Assembly: GCF_044704955.1 (NCBI RefSeq)
Contig: NC_091984.1
Coordinates: 169,694,001-169,758,000 of the forward strand
Source: Pristiophorus japonicus
Taxonomy: Eukaryota
Reading direction: 5' to 3'
DNA length: 64,000 nt
Positions 49,022-62,250 of the stretch are shown one piece after another (within the stretch, counting starts at the first letter, position 1; every line of letters starts with the position of its first letter). The notes below the pieces were generated by a model that did not search any database, was not told where the DNA came from, and saw only the letters and a list, made by a program, of their open reading frames with translations. The translations under genes and the position numbers were made by a program.

Positions 49022-51675
49022 CTAATCTTTTGTGTTTCATGCACAAGTACCTCCAGGTCCTACTGTACTGCAGCACTTTGCAATTTTCTCCATTTAATAA
49101 CTTGCTCTTTGATTTTTTTTTCTGCCAAAGTGGATAACCTCACCCTTTCCAACATTATACTCAATCTGCCAAATTTTTGCCCACTCACTTAGCCTGTCTA
49201 TGTCCTTTTGCAGATTTTTTGTGTCCTCCTCACACATTGCTTTTCCTCCCATCTTTGTATCGTCAGCAAATTTGGCTACGTTACACTCGGTCTCTTCTTC
49301 CAAGTCGTTAATAATTGATTGGGGTCCCAGCACTGATCCCTGCAGCACCCCACTAGTTATTGATTGCCAACCCGAGAATGAACCATTTATCCTGACTCTC
49401 TGTTTTCTGTTAGTTAGCAAATCCTCTATCCATGCTAATATATTTCCCCCAACCCTGTGAACTTTTATCTTATGCAGTAACCTTTTATGTGGCACCTTGT
49501 CAAATGCCTTCTGGAAGTCCAAATACACTACATCCACTGGTTCCCCTTTATCCACCCTGTTCATTGCATCCTCAAAGAATTCCAGCAAATTTATCAAACA
49601 TGACTTGCCCTTCATAAATCCATGCTGACTGCCTGACCGAATTATGCTTTTCCAAATGTCCTGCTACTGCTTCTTTAATAACAGACTCCAACATTTTTCC
49701 AACTACAGATGTTAGGCTAACTGGTCTATAGTTTACTGCTTTTTGTCTGCCTCCTTTTTTGAATAGGGGAGTTACATTTGCAGTTTTCCAATCTGCTGGG
49801 ACCTCCCCAGAATCCAGGGAATTTTGGTAAATTACAACCAATGCATCCACAATCCCTGCCACTACTTCTCTTAAGACCATAGGTTGCAAGCCATCAGGTC
49901 CAGGGGATTTATCTGCCTTTAGTCTCATTATCTTACTGAGTACCACCTCCTTAGTGATTGTTGTGTTAGGTTCCTCCCCCTCTGTAACCCCTTGACTATC
50001 TACTGTTGGGATATTGTTAGTATCGTCTACCGTAAAGGCTAATACAAAATATTTGTTCAGAGTTTCTGTCATCTCCATGTTCCCCATTACTAATTCCCCT
50101 GTCTCGTCCTCTAAGGGACCAATATTTACTTTAGCTACTCTTTTCCTTTTTATATACCTATAGAAACTCTTGCTATCTGTTTTTATATTTCATGCTAGTT
50201 TACTTTCATATTCTATCTTCCCTTTCTTTAAAAAAAAAGGATCGTCATTCTTTGCTGGCTTTTAAAAGCTTCCCAATCTTCTGTCCTCCCACTAGTTTTG
50301 GCCACTTTGTATGCCCTTGTTTTTAAATTGGATACCGTCCTTTATTTCTTGAGCAAGCCACGGATGGCTTTCTTTTCTTTTGCACCCTTTTCTCCTCACT
50401 GGAATATATTTTTGTTGGGAATTGTGAAATATCTCCTTAAATGTACGCCACTGTTCATCAACCATCCTACACTTTAATCTATTTTCCCAGTCCACTTTAG
50501 CCAACTTTGCCCTCATACCTTCATGGTCTCCTTTATTTAAGCTTAGTACGCTGGTTTGAGATCCAACTTTCTCACCCTCCATCTGAATTTGAAATTCAAC
50601 CATGCTATGATCACTCATTCCAAGGGGATCCTTTATTAATCCTGTCTCATTACACAGGACTAGATCCTGGATAGTTTGCCCCCAGTTTGTTCCGTTACAT
50701 ACTGCTCAAGGAACCCGTTGCTTATGCACTCTATGAACTCTTCCTCAAGGCTACCCTGACCAATTTGATTTGTCCAATCAATATGGCGGTTAAAATCACC
50801 CATGATTATTGCTGTTCCCTTTTTACAGGCCCCCACTATTTCCTGGTTTTTATTCCGACCAATAGAGTTGCTACTGTTAGGGGGTCTATAGACTACGCCC
50901 ACCAGTGACTTTTCCCCCATTTTATTCTTTATCTCCACCCAAACTATTTCATCATCCTGATCATTTGAGCCAATATAATTTCTCACTATTGCAGTGATTC
51001 CATCCTTTATCAACAGAGCTACCCCATCTCCTTTTCCTTTCTGTCTGTCAAATACGCCTGAATAATTAGTTCCCAGTCCTGGTCACCTTGCAACCACATC
51101 TCTGTAATGGCTATCAGATCATACCTATTTGTATCTATTTGTGCCTTCAACTCATCTATTTTGTTACGAATATTACGTGCATTTAGACAAAGAGCCTTTA
51201 AATTTTTTTTTACCCTTTTTTCCTGCTTGTTTCCTTCAAACTCACTTTCTTTATTTTTGCTTTCTCATTCCAGCTTTACTCCCCTCCCTACTGAACCTAT
51301 TTTCAGGTTCCCATCCCCCTGCCAAGCTAGTTTAAACCCTCCCCAACAGTACTAGCAATCCCCCCCCACCCCATGAGGATATTGGTCCCGGCTCTGTTGA
51401 GGTGCAACTCGGCCGGCTTGTACAGGTCCCACCTCCCCAGAAGCGGTCCCATTGCCTCAGAAAACTAATGCCCTCCCTCCTGCACCATCTCTCCAGCCAC
51501 GTATTGATCTGCTCTAACCTCCTGTTTCTGTACTTGCTAGCGCGTGGCACCAGGAATAATCCGGAAATTACTACCTTTGAGGTCCTGCTTTTTAGTCTCT
51601 CTCCTCGCTCCCTAAACTCTGCCTGCAGGACCTCATGCCTCTTTCTACCCATGTCATTGGTCCCGATATGGACCA

Positions 51676-51727
51676 TATGAACCGATATGGGTGCTAAATG
51701 GGCGATGATGCGCCGAAAGTCAAGCCC
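51676..51727. mobile_element. probable Harbinger terminus of the 44497 element
   Basis: TAAATGGGCG repeats shared with 46750-46766; ends AAAGTCAAGCCC. Confidence 0.5.
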
Positions 51728-51729
51728 TA

Positions 51730-51800
51730 TGTGCTCAAGTCTCAAGAGTGGGACTTGAATCCACAACCTTTTGACTCAGAACCAAGAGTGTTACCCCTGA
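51730..51800 (-). mobile_element. SacSINE1 head fragment
   Basis: GTGCTCAAGTCTCAAGAGTGGGACTTGAATCCACAACCTTTTGACTCAG. Confidence 0.8.
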
Positions 51801-52099
51801 GTATACAGAGTGGGGGGGGGGGGGGGGGGGTCTGTGCAGCAATAGAATATTGTAAGAAGCAGAGAAATTTCTGCTCCAGACTCAATGAGATTGGTCTACC
51901 CTTTCTCTATTGTTTCTGGGATCCTGCTAGACACAAAATAACCTCTGCAATTGTACAAATAATACAATAATTGTACAAAGATATAACAGTCACTCAACTC
52001 CTAAATAATTGTGAAGCAGTTTGAGACACTTGCTTTCAAACATAGTCTTTCAAACAGAGTGAAAGTTTGATGACCTCTGAATTGGGACAGCATTACAAG

Positions 52100-52222
52100 T
52101 AATGTTCCCTTTAATTTGTTTTTTGGCGTGTCCCGGTTTTCCCTATTTAAAAGCCGCTGAGCCGGCCCCGCGGGAGCTGTGGAGCGCTGCCTGGCTGTGC
52201 GGCACAGATAAAGGGAACATTG
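52100..52222. mobile_element. hAT-type MITE
   Basis: TIRs TAATGTTCCCTTTA / TAAAGGGAACATTG; 8-bp TSD ATTACAAG / GTTACAAG. Confidence 0.85.
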
Positions 52223-52671
52223 GTTACAAGTGTTCTGTCCCACAAAAGTTCAGAATGTGGAACACAACTTCTCACATCAACCTGATGTATAATGCTGTTG
52301 AGTATTTCACACAATTATGGTTTGTTTCTTAAATGTTTGACCGCTATTCTTGGCAGTCTGGAGGCTGAAAAATATTCAATTCAAAGAAAACCAAACTGTC
52401 CCCAGTTAGGCTACAGGAGCTCCAAGAACAACAACTTCAGCTGCGCAAATAGAGACGTCACAAATCAAACGTGTTCAGGACGAGGCAGTGGATGGTTGCC
52501 AACACTGAATGGATGCTTGGGAATGCTGAAAGCTGCGAGGTATTATTCCGGGCTGCAAGGAGGGCCACTTTCAGCGAAAAGCTGGTATCACCCCTGAGCT
52601 CAAGGTGTAGCTCTCTCTTTGTTTTAAATCATAGCATTGGAAGCTTGAACAAAGAAAATGGAACGTTACAA

Positions 52672-52875
52672 GGACATAAGAAATAGGAGCAGGCGTAGGC
52701 CGTACAGCCTCTGAAGCCTGCTCCACCATTCAAGACGATCATGGCTGATCTTCGACCTCCACTCCACTTCCTTGCCTGATACCCATATCCCTCGACTCCC
52801 CTAGAGTTAAAAAAATCTACCTATCTCAGCCTTGAAGATGCTCAACGACTGAACATTAACAGCCCACTTGGGGAG
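52672..52875 (-). mobile_element. CR1 3' tail
   Basis: ACATAAGAAATAGGAGCAGG tail. Confidence 0.85.
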
Positions 52876-52879
52876 GCAA

Positions 52880-53018
52880 TTTGTGGGAGCTTGATGTGCA
52901 CTAATTGGCTGCCACGTTTCCTACATTACAACAGTGACTACACTTCAAAAGTACTTCATTGGCTGCAATGCACTTTGGGGCATCCTGAGGTTGAGAGAGG
53001 AGCTATGTAAATACAAGT
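52880..53018 (+). mobile_element. SacSINE1 3' part
   Basis: TTTGTGGGAGCTTG...ACAACAGTGACTACACTTCAAAAGTACTTCATTGGCTG. Confidence 0.85.
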
Positions 53019-53444
53019 ATTAGGGCTAAACATTCTGGGGCTTCACGCCACCCATTACTGGCAAACAGTAGTGTAAAGAGGGCAGCCGCCACATTTTCGC
53101 CTGCTGGTGGCGGGTTCTATGGTGTCAGCCATTTTCCAAGGCCCGGCAGCGTTGCGGGAACATCAATGGCCCTGCAGGTTTCAATGAGGGAGTGGTGACG
53201 GCACGCCAACTTAACGTCACCTCGGCGAAGCTCACCGTGTACACCTATAGTGCAGCAGACTGACAGTGGCGATGTCAGCACATTTTAAAGTGACACACAC
53301 ATCCTACAGGCAAGTTTGCATTTAAGCTTTTGGACTGGATTTTTTAATTTTATGGAAGTAATGGCTTGCTGCAATACATGTTAAAGTGTGTAGAGAGTGC
53401 TGCTGGATGCTTGCAAGGCTTTGGATGATAAAGGAAGGTTCTGG

Positions 53445-53572
53445 GAAGACAGAAAATGCTGCAAATACTCAGCAGGTCAGGCAATATTAAACAGAGTTCG
53501 CGTCTTAGGACAAAAGGCTGCCTGACCCACTGAATATTTCCAACATTTTATGCTGTCATTTCAGATTTCCAG
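53445..53572. repeat. fold-back (Penelope-associated) element, second copy
   Basis: AAATGCTGCAAATACTCAGCAGGTCAGGCA / TGCCTGACCCACTGAATATTTCCAACATTT. Confidence 0.75.
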
Positions 53573-55453
53573 CATAAGAAAAAATAGGAGCAGGAGTAGG
53601 CCAATTGGCCACTCGAGCCTGCTCCACCATTCAATAAGATCATGGCTGATCTGATCGTGGACTCAGGTCCACTTCCCAGCCCACTCCCCATAACCCTTTA
53701 CTCCCTTATCGCTCAAAAATCTGTCTCTCTCCATATTAAATATATTCAATGACACAGCCTCCACAGCTCTGAGGCAGAGAATTCCATAGATTTATAATCC
53801 CAGGGAAGAAATTTCTCCTCATCTCAGTTTTAAATGGGCGGCCCCTTATTCTAAGACTATGTCACCTAGTTTTAGTTTCCCCTCGGAGTGGAAATATTCT
53901 CTCTGCATCCACCTTGTCGAGCCCCCTCATAATCTTATACGTTTCGATACGATCACCTCTCATTCTTCTGAACTCTAATGAGCATAGATCCAACCCACTC
54001 AACCTATCCTCATAAGTCAACCTCCTCATCTCCGGAATCAACCTAGTGAACCTTCTCTGAATAGCCTCCAATGCAAGTATATCCTTCCTTAAATACGGAG
54101 ACCAAAACTGAACACAGTACTCCAGGTGTGGCCTCACCAATACCCTGTACAGTTGTAGCAGGACTTCTCTGCTTTTATACTTTATCCTCCTTGCAATAAA
54201 GGCCAACATTCCATTTGCCTTCCTGATCACTTGCTGTACCTGCATACTAACATTTTGTATTACATGCACAAGGACCCCCAGGTTCCTCTGCACTGCAGCA
54301 GTTTGCAATTTTCTCCATTTAAATTATAATTTGCTTTTCTATTATTTCTGCCAAAGTGGATAACCTCATTTTCCCACATTATACGCCATCTGCCAAATTT
54401 TTGCCGACTCACTTAGCCTGTCTATATCCCTTTGCAGATTTTTTTGTGTCTCCTCACATTTTGCTTTCCCACCCATCTTTGTATCATCAGCAAACTTGGC
54501 TACATTACACGCGGTCCCTTCATCCAAGTTATTAATATAGATTGTAAATAGTTGAGACCCAGCACCGATCCCTGCGGCACCCCACTAGTCACTGTTTACC
54601 AACTGGAAAATGACCCATTTATCCCAACTCTCTACTTTCTGTTAGTTTGCCAATCCTCTATCCATGCTAATATATTACCCCAACCCAGTGAGCTTTTATC
54701 TTGTGCAGTAATCTCTTATGTGGCATCTTATCGAATGCCTTCTGGAAATCCAAATATACCACATCCACTGGTTCCCCCTTATCCACCCTGCTCGTTACAT
54801 CCTCAGAGAACTCCAGCAAATTTGTTAAACATGATTTCCCTTTCATAAATCCACGCTGACTCTGCTTGATTGAATCATGCTTTTCCAAATGTCCCGCGAC
54901 TACTCCCTTAATAATGGACTCCAGCATTTTCCCAACGAGAGATGTTAGGTTAACTGGTCTATAGTTTCCTAGTTTTTGTCTGCCTCCTTTTTTTTTAAAT
55001 AGAGGCGTTACATTTGCGGTTTTCCAATCCACTGGAACCTCCACAGAATCCAGGGAATTTTGGTAGATTACAACCAATGCATCCACTATCTCTGCAGCCA
55101 TTTCCCTTAAGACCCTAAGATGTAAGGCATCACATCCAGGGGACTTGTCCGCCTTTAGTCCCATTATTTTACCTAGTACTACTTCATTAGTGATAGCGAT
55201 TGTATTAAGTTCCTCTCTACCTATAGCCCCTTAATTATCCACTATTGGGATGTTTTTAGTGTCTTCTACCATGAAGACTGACACAAAATATTTGTTCAAC
55301 GTGTCTGCCATTTCCCTGTTCTCTTATTAATTTCCCAGTCTCGTCCTCCAGAGTATCAATATTTACTTTAGCCACTCTTTTCCTTTTATGAACCTGCAAA
55401 AACTCTTACTGTTTTTATAATCTTTCATAATCTATCTTCCCTCTGTTAATCAT
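53573..55453 (-). mobile_element. CR1 ORF2 3' half
   Basis: [31 protein letters not shown]. Confidence 0.93.
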
Positions 55454-55749
55454 CCGCTCGCAGAGGGAAGAGGAAGACGCAGAAGAGGAATAAACAAAAA
55501 GAAGGATGCAACCCAGACAGCCCCTTTCTGGCCGGGATAACATCATGTGTCTACAGTACCAGTATAACTCCAACTCCAATTCCGCTTTCAACACTTGTCC
55601 CACAGCTTACCTTTCCTCTGTTACTGACCATCACAGCGCCCACTTAGCCAAAATACTGAAATAAAAGCCACCACAAAGAAAACTTTCCAATCCAACTTTA
55701 TACATCTATCCATCTAATATGACATCAAGAAATCAACTTATCACCCTTA

Positions 55750-58440
55750 GGAGGTGGGGTAGCGTGGCTGCTTAAAGAGGAGATTTAAGCAATAATAAGG
55801 AAAGACATTAGCTTGGATGATGTGGAATCTGTATAGGTAGAGCTGCAGAACACCAAAGGGCAGAAAACGCTAGTGGGAGTTGTGTACAGACCATCAAACA
55901 GTAGTAATGAGGTTGGGGATGGCATCAAACAAGAAATTAGGGATGCGTGCAATAAAGGTACGGCAGTTATTCATGGGTGACTTTAATCTGCATATAGATT
56001 GGGCTAACCAAACTGGTAGCAATACGGTGGAGGAGCATTTCCTGGAGTGATAAGGGATGGTTTTCTAGACCAATATGTCGAGGAGCCAACTGGAGAGCTG
56101 GCCATCCTAGACTGGGTGTTGTGTAACGAGAGAGGATTAATTAGAAATCTTGTTGTGTGAGGCCCCTTGGGGAAAGGTGACCATAATATGGTAAAATTCT
56201 TCATTGAGATGGAGATTGACACAGTTAATTCAGAGACGAGAGTCCTGAACTTAAAGAAAGGTAACTTCGATGGTATGAGACGTGAATTGGCTTGGATGGA
56301 CTGGCGAATGATATTAAAGTGTTGACGGTGGATAGGCAATGGCAGACATTTAAAGATCACATGGATGAACTTCAACAATTGTACACCCCTGTCTGGAGTA
56401 AAAATAAAACGGGGAAGGTGGCTCAACCGTGGCTAACAAGGGATAGTGTTAAATCTAAGGAAGAGGCATATAAATTGGCCAGAAAAAGCAGCAAACCTGA
56501 GGACTGGGAGAAATTTAGAATTTGGCAGAGGAGGACAAAGGGTTTAATTAGGAGGAGGATAATAGATTATGAAAGCAAGCTTGCAGGGAACATAAAAACT
56601 GACTGCAAAAGCTTCTATAGATATGTGAAGAGAAAAAGATTAGTGAAGACAAATGTAGGTCCTTTGCAGTCAGAATCAGGTAAATTTATAATGGGGAACA
56701 AAAAAATGACAGACCAATTGAACAAATACTTTGGTTCTGTCTCACTAAGGAAGACACAAATAACCTTCCAGAAATACTAGGCAACCAAGGGTCTAGCGAG
56801 AAGGAGGAACTTTAGGAAATCCTTATTAGTCAGTAAATTATGTTAGGGAAATTGATGGGACTGAAGGCCAATAAATCCCCAGGGCCTGATAGTCTGCATC
56901 CCAGAGTACTTAAGGAAGTGGCCCTCGAAATAGTGGATGCATTATTGGTCATTTTCCAATGTTCTATTGACTCTGGATCAGTTCCCATGGATTGGAGGGT
57001 AGCTAATGTAACCCCACTTTTTAAAAAAAGGAGGGAGAGAGAAAACAGGGAATTATCGACCCGTTAGCCTGACATCGGTCGCAGGGAAAATGTTGGAATC
57101 AATTATTTGCGCATTTGGAAAGCAGTGACAGGATCGGTCCAAGTCAGCATGGATTTATGAAAGGGAAATCATGCTTGACAAATCTTCTAGAATGTTTTGA
57201 GGATGTAACTAGTAGAGTGGACAAGGGAGAACCAGTGGATGTGGTGTATTTGGACCTTCAAAAGGCTTTTGACAAGGTCCCACAAAAGAGATTAGTGTGC
57301 AAAATTAAAGCATATGGTATTGGGGGTAATGTATTGACATGGATAGAGAACTGGTTGGCAGACAAGAAGCAAAGAGTAGGAATAAACGGGTCCTTTTCAG
57401 AATGGCAGGCAGTGACTAGTGGGATACCGTAAGGTTCAGTGCTGGGACCCCAGCTATTTACAATATACATTAATGATTGAAATGAAGGAATTGAATGTAA
57501 TATCTCCAGGTTTGCAGATGACACTAAGCTGGGTGGCAGTGTGAGCTGTGAGGAGGATGCTAAGAGGCTGCAGAGTGACTTGGGCAGGTTAGGTGAATGG
57601 GCAAATACATGGCAGATGCAGTATAATGTGGATAAATGTGAGGTTATCCACTTTGGTGGCAAAAACAGGAAGGCAGATTATTATCTGAATGGTGACAGAT
57701 TAGGAAAAGGGGAGGTGCAACAAGACCTGGGTGTCATGGTACATCAGTATTGAAGGTTGGCATGCAGGTACAGCAGGCAGTGAAGATGGCAAATGGCATG
57801 TTGGCCTTCACAGCTAGAGGACTTGAGTATAGGAGCAGGGAGGTCTTACTGCAGTTGGACAGGGCCTTGGTGAGGCCACATCTTGAATATTGTGTAGAGT
57901 TTTGGTCTCATAATCTGAGGAAGGACATTTTTGCTATTGAGGGAGCGCAGCGAAGGTTCACGGATCCCGGGATGGCAGAACTGACATATGAAGAAAGACT
58001 GGATCGACCAGGCTTATATTCACTGGAATTTAGATGAATGAGAGGGGATCTCATAGAAACATATAAAATTCTGACGAGACTGGACAAGTTAGATGCAGGA
58101 AGAATGTTCCCGATGTTGGGGAAGTCCAGAACCAGGGATCACAGTCTAAGGGTAAGGGGTAAGCCATTTAGGACCGAGAGGAGGAAAAACTTCTTCACTC
58201 AGAGAATTGTGAACCTGTGGAATTCTTTACCACAGAAAGTTGTTGAGGCCAGTTCGTTAGATATACTCAAAAAGGAGTGAGAGGTGGCCCTTATGGCTAA
58301 AGGGATCAAGGGGTATGGAGAAAAAGCAGGAATGGGGTACTAAAGTTGCAAAAATGATCAGCCATGATCATATTGAATGGTGGTGCAGGCTCAAAGGGCC
58401 GAATGGCCTATTCCTGCACCTAATTTCTCTGTTTCTATGC
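55750..58440 (+). mobile_element. CR1 with nearly complete decayed ORF2
   Basis: Endonuclease to C-terminus with stops and frameshifts; TTTCTATG tail. Confidence 0.95.
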
Positions 58441-59039
58441 ATTCCCTTCATGATTGTCCTGTGTTAGCCTTTGCCTAGCGTACTGATGTCACGCAGTGAT
58501 ACTCTAGTATTGCTGGTGGAAAGTTGTTGATTTTCAGTTGGGAACACTGCAAATGGCCTTGCTGGTCAATCTTGAGGGCCTGGTGGTTAGGAGTGTGAAA
58601 TCGAGTAACAGTGTTTCCTCTTATTCTTCACTCACCTCACCCTCTTCTTGGTCACCCACTTGCTGGGCAGGCTGCATTTATTGGGTGTGTGAAATGAGGA
58701 AGGCACAAGGGTGGAGTTGTGGTGAGGGAGGGCGGGAAAGCAAGAGGTGCATGCCAGAAGGAGAATAGTGTAAGAGGATAGCATCATCTTGTATCCTTTC
58801 TGCCCTGCCACTGGCTCAGCCATGCTCCTGCCAAGAATGGCCTGCACCATCTCCTCCAAGGGGGTGAGGTGAGGCTAGGAATGGGGTGTGTACCTCGTGA
58901 TTGGTATAGATTGCTGGTTCGGGGCGGGGGGGGCAGGGGGGGAGGTGGGTTGGGGGACGGAGGGAGGAGAGAGGCATGCATTGAGAAGTTTGAGAGGCTA
59001 GTGGTGCAGTTGGTAGGAGAGGGCTTTAGAAAATGCATT

Positions 59040-59262
59040 CACTAGCCTTGCCGAGGTCATGAAGCTTATTTGAGCACTGGAGTCAGGAGGTGAGGGTGAC
59101 ACTGCTGGCAGTGACAGCCTCGGTGATGTGGTTGCACATTATTCTTTCTGGAGGGCCTCCGTCCCCTGTGGGTGGAGGCCTCTCTTGCAGTGTTGACCCC
59201 TGCACAAAGCTGGAGTGCTGCGTGCGAAACCCTGGGTGCCCTTTCCTGGCTTGCTAATCCAT
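59040..59262 (-). pseudogene. Harbinger Myb/SANT-like DNA-binding protein remnant
   Basis: APR(F)SHAAL..VQGVN...ITEAVTASSVTLTS*LQCSNKLHDL resembles the trihelix motif of Harbinger ORF2. Confidence 0.65.
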
Positions 59263-60699
59263 CTGTGTTGGTGCTGAAGCACTTTTCTCATTTTTTGAGA
59301 TGCGCAAGGGAATTCAGCTTCAAGAGATGAAGACTTCCATTTGGGACTTCTTTTTAATGTTAATTTTTTTTAAAAAAGAGCCAGGGCTGAAAACAGTAGT
59401 TTTTACTTCATTTTTATTTTTTCAGAAGGCAGTGCAATTTTAATGTTCCACAATGCCTAGCAAACTCATGCCTCACTTCCAGAGACTGTTGAACGATAGA
59501 ATGGCACTTCTGGGCAGCAACTTCACCTCCGATGCCTGCAGCAACGCCACCAGGAGGGCGTTACATGGTGAGTTAGGGGAAAAAGCTGAAGAATTGTCCC
59601 CTCTAACACTACAACCATTTTCCGTGGCCATTCGAGCCCGCAGTGACACAGGCAACTCTTGTGACGGCCACGAATTTTTAACCCTTAGATTCTTTATTTT
59701 AAACAGCTTAATGCCAGTGTTGAAATAGCAGAAGAATATCCTCGAAACAACACATGCACTAATACTCAAACAGTAATTTCTAGGCTTTTAAAAAGCATCA
59801 ACTCCAACGTCACTTAGATTAGAGTCCTGCTTTGTGGGTGCAAGGAACTCACAAGAAATGCATGAAGTACATGTAGGCTGAGAGTTCCTTACAATTGTCC
59901 ATACTACAAGCTCCCTGTCGCAGCTGGGCTAGCCATGGGGCACTTACTCATAAATATGGGGAGGAGAAGAGGCAGAGAGAACAGGAAAAATTCACACACC
60001 TGCAAGTTTGTTCCTTTCGAAATGTTTAAATTTTCTCTGCGAAATGAAAACATTTAAAAACCAGCTGCAAACCATAAGACTTGGCAACATGATTTAAACT
60101 ATAGGGCAACAGGTTTCAATGGATGGAAATGATGGGCTGCGCTTGCAGCAGGCCCTGCACCTCACCACCAGTCAGGGCCCAGAAAAATATGCCCTTCGAT
60201 TTTATAACTATCTGCCACTATCTGAACAGAATCCAAGCATTTTTGCAAACTGACAGTTGCCATGAATCTGTCAAACGGAATTTTGATAAATCACTTCACA
60301 ATCACAACTTGAGCTATACAGAGAGCGCCCACACAACTAGAACACAGTTTAGAGCTTGCTGTTTTTGTGCTGAGATAAATACAATATCTGTATTGCAGCA
60401 TATCTCAAAAGTGCAAACTCAGCTTAGAGACACAGGGGAAAAAAAACATATAATAAATGCTGCCCTTTAAAGGCATTGAGATGTCAGTGCATTAGCCTTT
60501 CCCATATCATACATGCCCACATCATTATACCCAACAGCTGCAGAAAGGTTGTAGGTGAGGTGGGTCTTGCTCAATTTGAACATTAGCAGCATTCCCCACT
60601 TTTGAAGTACATTTATGTGGTGACAATGGATTGCAGTCCCTCCCAATCCTGTTGGGATACTTCACGCAGCAGAGTCATGTACTCTGCCCAAGAGTACCA

Positions 60700-62250
60700 C
60701 TTAGTAAACATCTAGGGGTTGTTGCAAGAATGTATGGGGCAAGAAAACATGAAATGGTCCAATGATGCTCATTCTTCGCCACAACTCTCCGACTGAAGTA
60801 CATCTCTCCAATCCCCTAACTCTCCCATCAAAGCTCATCCCTTTTATACTTCAACTCTCCCAAAGTTCATCTTTCCAGTACTGTAACTTTTTCATTGGGT
60901 CTTTCAACTATACTTAAAAAAAAATCTAATCTCAGTTATTTGCCTGGCATATTATTCCAAACATGTATAACCGTTTTGGGAAGATTTCCTCTATTTTCCA
61001 TTTGCAGTGAAATTAGAAATGCATACTTTATACTCCCACTTATAACTGTGCCACAAATATCTAAAAAGTTAATTTTGTGATACAGTGATGGATTTAAATA
61101 AACTTTCCACTCTTGTCAAGGAATGTCCTCTGGTCTTAATTTCCTGTCTTGCTTTTAAGTGATAAAACGGAGTTGATCTTATCTGAACGATTTATTAAAG
61201 ATCATTTAATGTGCCTTGCTGCATCCATTTTACACTGGGATCATTCTTCTTGCTCTTTTCTCCACCCTCTCCCAAGTACATTTCCTTTTTGTGGCATGAA
61301 GATCAAACCTGGACAAAATACTTTTAAATGTTTTCAGCAATGCATTATAAAACCTTAGAACATAATTTTTCAACTTGTTTCCTATTGTGTCAGCTTAAAA
61401 TTCCCACCAGCTTGCTTTGCTTCACTGATATTGAAAGTGATATATTTTATAATCCCAGGTCCCTTTCCAAATCTCCTTATGCGAATTCAATTCCATTCCT
61501 TATTTAATTATTGCTCACATTTTCTTTGAATCTCTCTGAAACTTCACATTTCTAGTTTAAATTTAATTTGCCATTAGTTTCTCCAATTGCATAATTGATC
61601 TAAATTCTTTTGCAAATCTTTAGCTGCATCGTCTGCCTCTATTCTGTTCAAATTTGACAAGCCTACGCTTAATTTTAGTAACTTGGTCATTGATGTAGAT
61701 TATAAACAGGAATCCAGGCATTGACCCATGCGGGAGACTACAAAACAGCTTTCCCCAAACTGCTGTTACACCTCACACAAGTACTCAGCTTCCTTTTTTA
61801 AAAAAAACAGCCTTCGACAGTTTCATGTTCAACCCTGGCTTCCTGGGGCCTTTAGTTCAGTTAGGCATCTTTGACATAGAACCTTGTCAAAAGCCCTGTG
61901 AAAGTCCAAATAAACGATATGATTGGGAGCACCATTATCGCTTTACTGGTAGCATCTTCAAAGTCTACAAGAAGGTTGGTCAGGTAGGATCTTCCCCTTC
62001 TAAATCCATGCTGGTTGCTTCATATTAGGTTACTCCTCCAACCTACCTATGGAATATGCCCATTATTTTACCTGTTGTTGGACCAATCATTTGTGGACAT
62101 TTTTAAATATAGATACTACATTTGCATGCTTCCAGTCTTTCAGAGCATCACCAATGCAGAGTCATCCTTTCATGATGTCAAGTAGTGCTTCACAAATTTG
62201 CTGATTTCATCGAACACTATCTCAGGGAATTGGTTCGTCTCAGCATATCA
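60700..62250 (-). mobile_element. very old CR1-type LINE
   Basis: Faint QHGFRRGRS, YLDF..AFDKV, SPAWVNAW (GVPQGSVLG-like) and DLG remnants with CR1-like 3'UTR. Confidence 0.65.

Larger units (their letters stand above)
46767..51675 (-). mobile_element. long CR1 (partial ORF1 + ORF2) hosting RTE and solo LTR
   Basis: HIGTND, LCLNARNI, VVYRPP, SDH, KSPGPD, FADD in order on the minus strand. Confidence 0.92.
53023..59684. mobile_element. PIF/Harbinger transposon with both ends, interrupted by nested elements
   Basis: TTA|GGGCTAAACATT ... AATTTTTAACCC|TTA (10/12 TIR match, TTA TSD); internal Myb/SANT remnant and acidic transposase-tail-like segment. Confidence 0.7.

Noticed and set aside
52130-52215. 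Host gene TATA promoter or CpG island
   Set aside because: Lies entirely inside a TIR/TSD-bounded MITE
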